From positions 1-59,340 of IMG/VR virus record IMGVR_UViG_3300031578_000034: 59,340 bases of DNA; one strand, written 5' to 3'. This DNA is from a virus (Duplodnaviria; Caudoviricetes). The position numbers and the translations under genes were made by a program. Position 1 is the first letter of the stretch. Each line of letters starts with the position of its first letter. Positions 28,332 to 37,022 of the stretch are shown here, piece after piece. The notes beneath the pieces are model-generated. The model saw only the letters and a program-made list of their open reading frames with translations. It did no database searches and was not told the origin of the DNA.

Positions 28332-28360
28332 AAAAAAGCGGGGGAGGAGACCTCCCCCGT
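28332..28360 (-). terminator. intrinsic terminator
   Basis: CGGGGGAGG/CCTCCCCCG 9-bp stem followed by U6 on the minus strand. Confidence 0.8.
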
Positions 28361-28365
28361 CTGCA

Positions 28366-28989
28366 CTACTCGTTAAACGACTCTTCTACCGGGTCAGTCG
28401 CAAAGGAAGACAGCATTTCCTTCGCCCACTCCTTCACACTGACGAAAACACCATTGGAAGCCAAATACGCAAAATCTTGCTCTTTGAAAGCACCACTCTG
28501 CTCTATTAAAGCCTCCAACATAGTCTCTTCAGATACACTCTTGTGTTTGGCCTTAAGGCACAGCGGAGCAATCTTAGGATTTAGCTCTGCTGTTGCAGAC
28601 GCGCGCACGTATCCAGGATCCTTTACGTCTTCTCGCGCTCGACTGACGTACTTTTTGATCTTTGCGTCTATGCGGGCTTTCCGCTCGACATTCTGCGCAT
28701 AGTACGTCTCTGCCTGATCCGGGTCCAACAACTCTAAGGCGTTGCGGTAGATGAGTTTAAACAAATCCCTACAACCCTTTAGCGACTCGGGATCTACTTG
28801 ATCCGATATACATACCGGATCTTTTCCTGGAGGAACATAGATCGGCTCTGCAGAATCGGGGCTGATTTGAAAAACAATAGGCCCCGCGTCTGGTAGCGCA
28901 TCTGTTGTGCCAGTTAGATTCCTCACCCAAACTTCCTTACCCTCTTGAATCAATTTTTGTAGAGTAAGCCTCTTTGTCTTAGCTGCCAT
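28366..28989 (-). CDS. hypothetical head-region protein
   Basis: Start MAAK at 28989 with AAGGAG RBS; motif copy at 29033-29064. Confidence 0.65.
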   Translation of the reverse strand: MAAKTKRLTLQKLIQEGKEVWVRNLTGTTDALPDAGPIVFQISPDSAEPIYVPPGKDPVCISDQVDPESLKGCRDLFKLIYRNALELLDPDQAETYYAQNVERKARIDAKIKKYVSRAREDVKDPGYVRASATAELNPKIAPLCLKAKHKSVSEETMLEALIEQSGAFKEQDFAYLASNGVFVSVKEWAKEMLSSFATDPVEESFNE

Positions 28990-29032
28990 GATAATCTCCT
29001 TTTCGTTTTCGGCAGGTTTAAAATACAAGTAC

Positions 29033-29064
29033 ATTATAGAACATATACACGTAAAACCTTAACT
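29033..29064 (-). promoter_or_regulatory. candidate late promoter AGTTAAG-N19-TATAAT
   Basis: Motif copy. Confidence 0.6.
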
Positions 29065-29400
29065 CTTGTCGAATTGTACATGATTTTTAGTTACAAAATC
29101 CATGATTTCCTGATACGGAACAAGATTTTGCTTTGTTATTATTGTAGATCCATCAAGCAATATAGATCCTAACTGAAGTTGCTGCCCGTTTATCGATTTT
29201 ATTTGTGCTGATATTAGGTGCCCTTGACTAGATTCTGTTTCTGTTGACGAAATTGCGATCCCAAGCTTTTCCAACTCTGCAACCTTGCTATTTAGGTCGG
29301 GCGCAGAATTTGGATTGAAGTAAGTACCCTTTATCAGATATAGATCAGGGTTAGTTTCCACAATTTTTTTTATTTTGTTTGTGACTTGATCTATAAACAT
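29059..29400 (-). CDS. hypothetical protein
   Basis: Start MFIDQ at 29400 with GGAG RBS, just after a terminator. Confidence 0.55.
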   Translation of the reverse strand: MFIDQVTNKIKKIVETNPDLYLIKGTYFNPNSAPDLNSKVAELEKLGIAISSTETESSQGHLISAQIKSINGQQLQLGSILLDGSTIITKQNLVPYQEIMDFVTKNHVQFDKS

Positions 29401-29410
29401 GTCGGCTCCG

Positions 29411-29445
29411 AAAAAAATTGGCGTGCCCTGTAAGAGCACGCCAAT
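29411..29445 (-). terminator. intrinsic terminator after the capsid operon
   Basis: ATTGGCGTGC/GCACGCCAAT 10-bp stem plus U-tract. Confidence 0.8.
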
Positions 29446-29468
29446 ATGTTATCAACTAGACCTTGTGT

Positions 29469-29864
29469 TTAGTCTTGCAGTTTTTTTTCAAGGCGTGCAA
29501 GACGACGCGCTAGAAAAGCAACCTTAGTTTCGAGGTCTGTGCCCTTCTCTTTTCCAGCAAGGCGCCCCTTGCGAGCCCCACGAAGCGAAGCATCAGCAGG
29601 TGCCTTACGCGCATCTGCACGCGCCTTTAGACGGGCAACTACGTCACTCTTTGCTTTTGGAGCTACCTTACCATCTCTGCGGTCTGCTTCCATGTTGATC
29701 TTGGTCAACTTGGCGCGGATGGCTGGCACACTCTCAGGAGTTGCCTCCATAAGTGCTTTGTTGGTTTCATCTACGTGCTTTGCCAGATCAACATACCCCT
29801 TGTCCTCTAACTCCTGGGCCGCTAGGTCTAGTTGTCGCTGGAGAGCTTTTTTATTAAAACGCAT
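29469..29864 (-). CDS. small basic helical protein (possible internal head protein)
   Basis: 131 aa, K/R/A-rich; AGGAGG RBS; follows the major capsid gene. Confidence 0.65.
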   Translation of the reverse strand: MRFNKKALQRQLDLAAQELEDKGYVDLAKHVDETNKALMEATPESVPAIRAKLTKINMEADRRDGKVAPKAKSDVVARLKARADARKAPADASLRGARKGRLAGKEKGTDLETKVAFLARRLARLEKKLQD

Positions 29865-29907
29865 AATAAATCCTCCTATTCGTGCTAACTGTTATCTCCA
29901 AGACAAC

Positions 29908-31023
29908 TTATACCTTGTCGCCAAGAGCAACGCCGGCTGCGTTGATTAGGACCATGGAAATCAACTCGTACCAGAACCATCCCTGACGTGGCTTCCCTAG
30001 AACGAACTCGTTGACTGCTTCAGAGAATAGCTCAACGCGGATAGGCATACCACCCAAGTACTCAGGCGCCGTTGTGGCAACCACAGAACCAGGCTGTAGA
30101 ATTTCATAGGTGTTGGTACCTGCGGTTGTGATGATGTCCGCATTCAAGATACGGCCTATGTAGCCAGCCATGATTAACTCGCGCTGGGTTACGGGGTCAA
30201 CCTCGGTACGCACTTGGTTCACAAGGTCACTTACTTCTTGACGGTGAATGATGAACTTGTCGCAGATTAAGCGGTGGCGTTCAATCTGGTAACGCATTGC
30301 TTCAAAAGCAGCCATATTCAATGTAGCGAAGAAGCTGGTTGCGTTGACGGCGTTTCCACCGCTCTGAAGCAGGTTGATAGCTGCCAAGTCTTCTTTGTGC
30401 TCGATATCCTGACGCGCACGATCCTGAATACGCGCTAGAATGTCAAACTGTGCACGGTACTTGTCCTTGATCTCAATGCTTGGGAAAGCAGTGATCTCAA
30501 ACTCAGGCGGGTATACGTAGGTGGACTCAACAACGGATTGTGGAGTTTCACCGTCTTCTGCGATCTGGTACGCAGTAACAAAGATGTCTTTGTCGTAACG
30601 TACGATCTCACCGGCCTTAACTGTGCGTGGTGCCCAGACTTTACGAGCTAGGCCCTCATAGTCGATGACTTCTTTGATCGGGTTTAGTAATGCCTGCCCG
30701 ATCTGGTGGAAGCCCTCGCCTCCTGGATCCGCGAAAGCTTCGCGCACGATGCTGTCAGCTTCAGCAGCGTCTATATCCATGGATGCTGTGCGCTCAACCT
30801 GATAGGACCCATCATGAATCCCATCCAAGATGCCCTGAATCATGTCCAACGCTTCACCAGTGTTGCCGGCGTTTAGCTCACCACTAGCGTTGAATAGATT
30901 TTCCATTGCAGACGCCTTGCGAATTCCTGATTTCCCCTTAGGACCAAACGCACGGGGATTAAACTCGTCACCCGTCTTTTTGTCCACAACGGTTTGCTTC
31001 TTGCCATTTAGATAAGGATTCAT
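29908..31023 (-). CDS. major capsid protein (HK97 fold)
   Basis: PIKEVIDYEGLARK, PEFEITAFPSI..FDILARIQDRARQDIEHKED and GWFWYELISMVLINAAGV resemble large-myovirus capsid proteins; AGGAGG RBS; gene order. Confidence 0.9.
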   Translation of the reverse strand: MNPYLNGKKQTVVDKKTGDEFNPRAFGPKGKSGIRKASAMENLFNASGELNAGNTGEALDMIQGILDGIHDGSYQVERTASMDIDAAEADSIVREAFADPGGEGFHQIGQALLNPIKEVIDYEGLARKVWAPRTVKAGEIVRYDKDIFVTAYQIAEDGETPQSVVESTYVYPPEFEITAFPSIEIKDKYRAQFDILARIQDRARQDIEHKEDLAAINLLQSGGNAVNATSFFATLNMAAFEAMRYQIERHRLICDKFIIHRQEVSDLVNQVRTEVDPVTQRELIMAGYIGRILNADIITTAGTNTYEILQPGSVVATTAPEYLGGMPIRVELFSEAVNEFVLGKPRQGWFWYELISMVLINAAGVALGDKV

Positions 31024-31050
31024 TTGGTAGCCTCCTGTATTAAAATTCTA

Positions 31051-31773
31051 TTATGAAGTTACTCTTATCTGGTCCAGTCCTAGGAATGGATCAGCAGCAG
31101 TAGGGACCTTAATTACTCGACCACACACGCTGTTTCCGCTCGTAGTGTTGCTTGTCCAGCGGCTCTGCGCGTCAAATGTCAGCGGGTTGTTGATTGCATA
31201 AGTCATAGTTGGATCGTACTGATCCGTGTAAATTTTTGCGTCACCTTCGATAACAACGATCAAGCCGCTACCAAGAGTGTCGTCTGGCTGACGGTCATAG
31301 TTAACGCCACGAGTGTCCCGTGTACCAGACTTGTCCCACGCCACCTGGGATGCAGATAGTGTATAAGAATACCAAACTACAACAGTTGCGGCAGCGGCAA
31401 TTGCCCCACCAACAATACGTGTCACTAGTCCATTTGCAAGCGTAACAGTGTAATCAACGCCCTGAGTATATGTAACTGCGCCTGCGGCGTTAGTCACCTT
31501 GATGCTTGCGGTGTTTACAACGTTACCACCGTTTAGAGTAATAATGTTGTTAGCGTTGAATGTTTTTGTCTCAACCGTGGTTCTGCGCCACGAAGAGTCA
31601 GCGTCCTTCCAAAATGTTCCAATAGGAACTGTTCCGCTAGCTGCAGTTGTAGCAACAGTAACGCCGGACCCGTTGGTAGCCAAAAATGCAACCATACCTG
31701 ATGTAACGCTAACGTTCTCGTCTACGGGATAAAACGGGCGATTCTTGTAGTAGCCTCTTTTTTTGTCTAACAT
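31051..31773 (-). CDS. capsid decoration / cement protein
   Basis: DDTLGSGLIVV...YTDQYD...VIKVPTAADPFLGL; directly upstream of the capsid gene. Confidence 0.7.
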   Translation of the reverse strand: MLDKKRGYYKNRPFYPVDENVSVTSGMVAFLATNGSGVTVATTAASGTVPIGTFWKDADSSWRRTTVETKTFNANNIITLNGGNVVNTASIKVTNAAGAVTYTQGVDYTVTLANGLVTRIVGGAIAAAATVVVWYSYTLSASQVAWDKSGTRDTRGVNYDRQPDDTLGSGLIVVIEGDAKIYTDQYDPTMTYAINNPLTFDAQSRWTSNTTSGNSVCGRVIKVPTAADPFLGLDQIRVTS

Positions 31774-31818
31774 TTGAGTTCTCCTCTTGAATTAATCAAC
31801 AATTAGTTACTGTACTTA

Positions 31819-33309
31819 TCAAAATCTAGTAGGTCTATTTATTAGCTTAGCGTGCTTTTGAATTCCGGCGAGCTTCGGAGACGCGCCATTAAACTGAAGG
31901 GCTGCGCTAAGCCGCGACACCTTATCCTCAACCTGTGCGGGTGCGTCGGTGTGTGTGGTAATGGGCACAGATCCCTGCGCTGCGCGCTTTCGTATAGAAG
32001 CGGCTCTTTGAGACATAAACGCAGTATCATCCATGTCATCAGATGCCTCAGGGATCTGAGTTTCTGTTTCGCCAATAGCTGCTTCGTACTCAACAAATGC
32101 AGTATCGTCCATGTCCATGTACTTATCGGCCTGGTCGATCACGAGGTCAATAAACTCATCTGCGTTCGAACGGAAGCCGGCTTCGATCACACCGCTTGCT
32201 ACGTCAGGCTGTAGGCCGCCAACCTTAACCAGCATTTCGTACATGCTAGCCTTGATCGGGTGCACACCACGATTGACAAGATTCTTGTTCATAGCTGTCA
32301 TGGCAAGCTTCAGCGCACGAGCGTACTTCAACTTGATATCAATCAAGGAAGCCGTATTCGCCTTTGCGCCCACCTTGTCATCTTCCTTTTTATCCTTCTT
32401 CTTCATCTTCTTCATGTCATCTTTATCAACAGCACCACATTCTGCAACGCGGGCCTTGTATGCAACCAAAGTCTTTTTGATACCAGCATGCTTCATACCC
32501 TTTACTAGGGATGCCACGTAGTCTCTGCTTGCAAACTCATCTTCTGGAAGCTCATCTGGCTTATCGATAGTAAAAATAGGTTGGTCGTCTTTGTCCAACA
32601 CATCCCAGGCAGTCTTATCAGCATTTAGGGAAAAAGAAAGATCGCTAACCTTAAGCATCTTGGGAATCTCGTCTTTTTTCACTTTTGTGATCTGCGGAGC
32701 GGGTGCTTTTGGTCCGGAACGCTTTTTCTTGTCTGTCTCATAGTTGAACTCTTCGCTCAGCGTCTTTGAGTTGCCATCTCCATACTCAGCAACCTTGGCT
32801 AGACGAGCTTTGCGTGCATTTCTTAGGCTAGCCGTCATGGTTTCCTCCTCATTTGATAAGATCAAACTTTCTGGTTCTAGTCCAAATTCGTCAACTGAAA
32901 TGTCTTCCTCTTCGAGGTCATTCTGCTTGTCCTTGTAATCCTCTAGCTCGTCGTCTTGATCATCTTCATCGAGCAGTGATTTTTCCAAGACATCTTTTAT
33001 ATCCGTAAGAACGTCTACTGTTTCTTCGCTAAACTCGTCTAGTTTAGTCTCTAAGGACTTTAGGCGCTCTTCTTCCAACTTCTCGTCAACAACTTTGTCT
33101 TCTACTTTTTTTTCAATATCTTCCTTGGGCGCGCCCTTCGGCGGAGGAGGAATAGCTGGAGCGCCCTGTTGCGGTGGTTGCGCCACCGGTTGTTTCGCGG
33201 GGGCACCCTCAGGACCCATATCTGTAACCTTTGGTTGTGGGGCCGGGACCTGTTGAGCGCTTTTGATAAACGATCCTAACTTTTTAGCAGCATTAGTACG
33301 CAATGGCAT
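31819..33309 (-). CDS. scaffold / head assembly protein
   Basis: Highly charged, low-complexity 496 aa between protease and capsid genes. Confidence 0.65.
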   Translation of the reverse strand: MPLRTNAAKKLGSFIKSAQQVPAPQPKVTDMGPEGAPAKQPVAQPPQQGAPAIPPPPKGAPKEDIEKKVEDKVVDEKLEEERLKSLETKLDEFSEETVDVLTDIKDVLEKSLLDEDDQDDELEDYKDKQNDLEEEDISVDEFGLEPESLILSNEEETMTASLRNARKARLAKVAEYGDGNSKTLSEEFNYETDKKKRSGPKAPAPQITKVKKDEIPKMLKVSDLSFSLNADKTAWDVLDKDDQPIFTIDKPDELPEDEFASRDYVASLVKGMKHAGIKKTLVAYKARVAECGAVDKDDMKKMKKKDKKEDDKVGAKANTASLIDIKLKYARALKLAMTAMNKNLVNRGVHPIKASMYEMLVKVGGLQPDVASGVIEAGFRSNADEFIDLVIDQADKYMDMDDTAFVEYEAAIGETETQIPEASDDMDDTAFMSQRAASIRKRAAQGSVPITTHTDAPAQVEDKVSRLSAALQFNGASPKLAGIQKHAKLINRPTRF

Positions 33310-33330
33310 TCCACAACTCCTATTGTTATG

Positions 33331-33362
33331 ATTTTATGTTAAACGAAAAAAATTCTTTAACT
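33331..33362 (-). promoter_or_regulatory. candidate late promoter AGTTAAA-N19-TAAAAT
   Basis: Motif copy upstream of the scaffold/capsid operon. Confidence 0.65.
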
Positions 33363-33378
33363 GTCGTTCTATATTTTT

Positions 33379-34257
33379 TTACCAAAGTTTATCTATAAGT
33401 TTTATAACAGATTCAGGAAGGCGGCTCATGTTAGCCTTAAAATACCTAGCAGCTTCAATCTGGTCGTCCTTGGATAGTATTGCGTTTACGGCACGAACTA
33501 CATCAGACCCATGTGAAGCCGCCTTTCTCATTGCTGCTCGCTGTAGCATTCTCTGTGTCAATGCATCTGGGTCTGCTGGGCTTCCAACATTTGATAATTC
33601 CTGGAACTCCACACCAAAGCATTTTTCATGCACAGTTTCGCCATCGATATTTGCCATCTTATAAAATTTTAGGCAGTCGCAAAGATCGGAGTCCGTATAT
33701 GCAGTCTTATTACAATGAGAACACTGCACACTATCACACTGGCAGCCCATTGACCATCCTGAAGCCTTCCCACTTAAGATCGCTTCAGCCAACGGAATAT
33801 CCTTGGTGGTATCTATAGCAGCAACTGCAATTACGTGCATGTCTTCTGGATCACCCTGCACATAATGGACATCTGGGATAAATCCGCGCGCCGCTTTAGG
33901 ATCAAAAGCTACGTGCTCGATATGGATAGGGTCATTAGTAAACGTTTGATATACCATGCAGCGATGGTTTGCTGAAAAACGCGTCAGTTCCTCGTGTGTA
34001 AATAGATCACCGTTGTTATTCCACTTATTAGCTGTTACCGCACGAGGAACAGGAAAAATGTAGTCATCAATATTTCCGCTTAGGGCGTATACCTTTGCAA
34101 TTGCTTTGATCGCACCCTTTGATATTAGGTTCAACGATCTTTTAACAGCCGCATCTTCTTCTTCTGTAAGGTCAGCTGTCTTAGACGCGAGCTTATGAAA
34201 CTTTCCAGAGGATTGATATACACCTAGGATAGGAACACTTGCAGTTCTGTATAACAT
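33379..34257 (-). CDS. prohead maturation protease
   Basis: NNNGDLF...PIHIEH...ARGFI.D...WSMGC...CSHC...E..F.ELSNVGSPADPDA. Confidence 0.85.
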   Translation of the reverse strand: MLYRTASVPILGVYQSSGKFHKLASKTADLTEEEDAAVKRSLNLISKGAIKAIAKVYALSGNIDDYIFPVPRAVTANKWNNNGDLFTHEELTRFSANHRCMVYQTFTNDPIHIEHVAFDPKAARGFIPDVHYVQGDPEDMHVIAVAAIDTTKDIPLAEAILSGKASGWSMGCQCDSVQCSHCNKTAYTDSDLCDCLKFYKMANIDGETVHEKCFGVEFQELSNVGSPADPDALTQRMLQRAAMRKAASHGSDVVRAVNAILSKDDQIEAARYFKANMSRLPESVIKLIDKLW

Positions 34258-34295
34258 TACACTCTCCCGATTGGTTCAGATCAGCGCTACGGGAA

Positions 34296-34328
34296 AGTAT
34301 AGTGTATTTATTGCTATTTCTTTTAACT
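34296..34328 (-). promoter_or_regulatory. candidate late promoter AGTTAAA-N20-TATACT
   Basis: Motif copy upstream of the protease gene. Confidence 0.65.
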
Positions 34329-34350
34329 AGTGTTTAGGGCTGAGGGAAGA

Positions 34351-34491
34351 TTACTTTTTTTCTTTATCTTTTTTTTCGGGAAGGATTTGCTTACCACATT
34401 TTGGGCATTTTGCGGCTGGGCTGCAAAGCTCTGCGCCGCACTTACAAAACACCTTAGCGATCTTTACATCTCCAGATTTCTTAAAACCCAT
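34351..34491 (-). CDS. small zinc-ribbon protein (46 aa, absent from ORF track)
   Basis: Own translation: MGFKKSGDVKIAKVFCKCGAELCSPAAKCPKCGKQILPEKKDKEKK; GGAGG RBS. Confidence 0.65.
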   Translation of the reverse strand: MGFKKSGDVKIAKVFCKCGAELCSPAAKCPKCGKQILPEKKDKEKK

Positions 34492-34500
34492 CGGACCCTC

Positions 34501-35277
34501 CTAAGTAACGGCGTCTTCCCCCAGACACCGTGCAGCGTAGTCGCAAACTCTCCCGCAATACTTGTATTTAAAATTTTGCTCAAACGTGCAGGATCCACTG
34601 CTCAACGCCTCTGCTGTTTTTATGTACTTTTCTTTTGCAGTGGACATCATATCTTCCGTTACAGGATACGTTCTAATGCCAGCTTTTCTATCTACGTGGC
34701 GGAGATATTGGTACTCTCCAGTAATCTCTGCTTCTTTGTCTATGTCATTTAGCACCCATAATCCGTACGTTGGAATTTGTACAGACGCAAGCTCGTCCTT
34801 TTTTGGGGCCGGTTTAGACGAAGTTTTATAATCTACAACCTTATACCTGTGCTCCCCTAGAATGTCTAACCTATCCGCCTTCATCTGCACAGTAATATTT
34901 CCAATTGGAAACTTGTACATTTTTTCAACACATTTTACTACTGGCATGCCATTTATGTCTATATTTTTAATATACTTTAGAAGCATCTCTTTTATATTCA
35001 AAAGGTCTTGGCGTACTATGACTCCAGCAGATATCTTTTTGTTAGCCCCATATTTCTCTATAGCTGTACGAAAACATTCGCCCATAAATTTTTTCAAGCT
35101 TACATTTTTCTTAGATCTTAGCAACTCTTCGTGGAACAGTTCTAAAGCTTTGTGCGCAATATTCCCAATAAGAAAATATTTATTTTCTCCAGTTGGAAGC
35201 CGCTTTATGTATCTGTAAAAAAAAAGCCGGGGGCAGCCCGCAAAACAATCCACTTTAGACGGCGATAAGTTAGTCAC
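34501..35277 (-). CDS. PD-(D/E)XK nuclease, Cas4/AddB-like
   Basis: LSPS..CPR, GNIAHKALE, ADRLD, VVDYKT, Q...Y and C-terminal C...C....C cluster. Confidence 0.85.
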   Translation of the reverse strand: MTNLSPSKVDCFAGCPRLFFYRYIKRLPTGENKYFLIGNIAHKALELFHEELLRSKKNVSLKKFMGECFRTAIEKYGANKKISAGVIVRQDLLNIKEMLLKYIKNIDINGMPVVKCVEKMYKFPIGNITVQMKADRLDILGEHRYKVVDYKTSSKPAPKKDELASVQIPTYGLWVLNDIDKEAEITGEYQYLRHVDRKAGIRTYPVTEDMMSTAKEKYIKTAEALSSGSCTFEQNFKYKYCGRVCDYAARCLGEDAVT

Positions 35278-36479
35278 TACTGTTCTCCGTTCACTACAGT
35301 ATGGATCTCTTTTGGTACAGAGTACGATTTGAATGTCGGCGTACAGCTAGATATTTTTCCGTACGAGTCTACTTCCAAATCTACAATTATACCACCAATA
35401 GATGGTATAAAATCAAAGTACTTTACGAACATATTTTCATTCTCAAAGCAGGGGCACATAAATGCGTGTATGCCGTTCAATTCCCAATAGCCACTAGTGT
35501 GCCTGTGCCCAGCAAAAATCATGTCTGGGTGGTGGCCCTTAGATATAATCTTGGCAATGTGCTTTTCTAACGCGTACGATTTTGCATGGGCCGACGACTT
35601 TATGTGGCAAAGCTCTATTAATATTCCAACTGGATCTAGAACAAACGTAGCTTTCAGATGACCTAGTATAATTATATCTTTTCGCATATGATTTAAAATA
35701 TATCCTGGATCTATCCCAGCTATTTTTATAAAGTTAACATCGTGGTTTCCCAAGATCGCATAGTACTTCAGCCCGTCTAATTCTGGAAGCATTTCAGACG
35801 CAGCCTCACATTGACGCGTGCACCCCCACATATCTAGCTCAGCAACCTGTGCGCGATACACGCTGTTACCTGTTAAAATATCACCTCCGTGCAGGATTGT
35901 TCTAATCCCATGCTTCTTGTATGCAGTGTGTACAAAATCTTGTACGTGCTCTTTCATTGCAGCGGAACTTCCCGCATGTGTGTCCGAGATCACAGCAAAT
36001 TTTACATGCCGTGTCTTGCCATTGGCCACTTTAATTTTTGGAATCTCTTCTTGAAGTTCACTTTCGCTATTTATGTACAAACTTCCAGATTCAACGTTAA
36101 TTGTGTACCCCAGTGTAACTGCCTTATTTATTAATGCTTCCGCCTTTTTAGGCGGAACGTCTAAGGCGTCACAAACATCACGCAGGCTAACTAACCTTTT
36201 TCTAGATCGTTTTTTCTTTAGAAGTGAAATTAGAGCGTTGACATCTGGGGGCAGCTTTTCGATGGGTGTCAGCTTTGTGCCCTTTTCTTGCGTACCCACT
36301 AGTAGCTCTAGTGTTCCATCTTCCCCATTCCTCTTTAGTGCACTCCGTATGCTGTCGGCAGTAATGTTCTTCCCAAACTTTTCGCTAGCTGATTTAAGTA
36401 CGTCCTTTACAGATGCTGCCTGACTGAATAGCACTTTAACCTCAGCTAGTCTCTCTTTAGTCCAAAAAACGACAGCCAT
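35277..36479 (-). CDS. calcineurin-like metallophosphoesterase with N-terminal HTH-like region
   Basis: SDTH, GDILTG, GNHD and GHRH motifs. Confidence 0.85.
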   Translation of the reverse strand: MAVVFWTKERLAEVKVLFSQAASVKDVLKSASEKFGKNITADSIRSALKRNGEDGTLELLVGTQEKGTKLTPIEKLPPDVNALISLLKKKRSRKRLVSLRDVCDALDVPPKKAEALINKAVTLGYTINVESGSLYINSESELQEEIPKIKVANGKTRHVKFAVISDTHAGSSAAMKEHVQDFVHTAYKKHGIRTILHGGDILTGNSVYRAQVAELDMWGCTRQCEAASEMLPELDGLKYYAILGNHDVNFIKIAGIDPGYILNHMRKDIIILGHLKATFVLDPVGILIELCHIKSSAHAKSYALEKHIAKIISKGHHPDMIFAGHRHTSGYWELNGIHAFMCPCFENENMFVKYFDFIPSIGGIIVDLEVDSYGKISSCTPTFKSYSVPKEIHTVVNGEQ

Positions 36480-36487
36480 GCTAACTC

Positions 36488-37021
36488 CTAACCAAAAATT
36501 TTAGCCATGTACTTCTTCTGTCGAGTTTGTAGCTGCATTTCGTCTATGCTTCCGCTTAGATATACCCTGTAATCGGGCATCCATATATTTGGGCACGTTT
36601 TCTCGGTTTCATACCTTGGATCGATTAGACCCGCCTCGTAATGCCCAAATACGTCGTTCACAGTCAGCCCAAACTTCTCCAGTAGATACAGTATTAAACT
36701 TTTACTTGATTTATACTGTTTTGTCGTAAATCTCCTATTGCCTATTATACACACTCCGACCGAGCCACTATTGAAACCATACGTGTGCGATCCTAATTCG
36801 TTAGGCTCAAAGGTAGAATCGTCGTCTAGATGTCGGCCAGCCTCAACACTGCCGTCAGCAAATGGCCATTTGCTTTTCTGAAAACCCGAGTATAGCCCGT
36901 TAGATACCACAAAATGGTACCCTATCCCAGTCCATCCACGGACTTTGTGCCACGCGTCAAACAGCAGTGCCGACCCATACTCGGTAGCCGAGCAGTGTAC
37001 AAAGATCCTCTCAAATTTCAT
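36488..37021 (-). CDS. N-acetylmuramoyl-L-alanine amidase (endolysin, T7 lysozyme-like)
   Basis: VHCSAT, WH..RGW.GIGYHF, GSH..GFN, GH and KTCP Zn-amidase motifs. Confidence 0.9.
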   Translation of the reverse strand: MKFERIFVHCSATEYGSALLFDAWHKVRGWTGIGYHFVVSNGLYSGFQKSKWPFADGSVEAGRHLDDDSTFEPNELGSHTYGFNSGSVGVCIIGNRRFTTKQYKSSKSLILYLLEKFGLTVNDVFGHYEAGLIDPRYETEKTCPNIWMPDYRVYLSGSIDEMQLQTRQKKYMAKIFG

Positions 37022-37022
37022 G

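Noticed and set aside
34501-35277. CRISPR-Cas system suggested by the Cas4-like nuclease
   Set aside because: No repeat-spacer array and no other cas genes seen; solo Cas4-like nucleases are common in phages.
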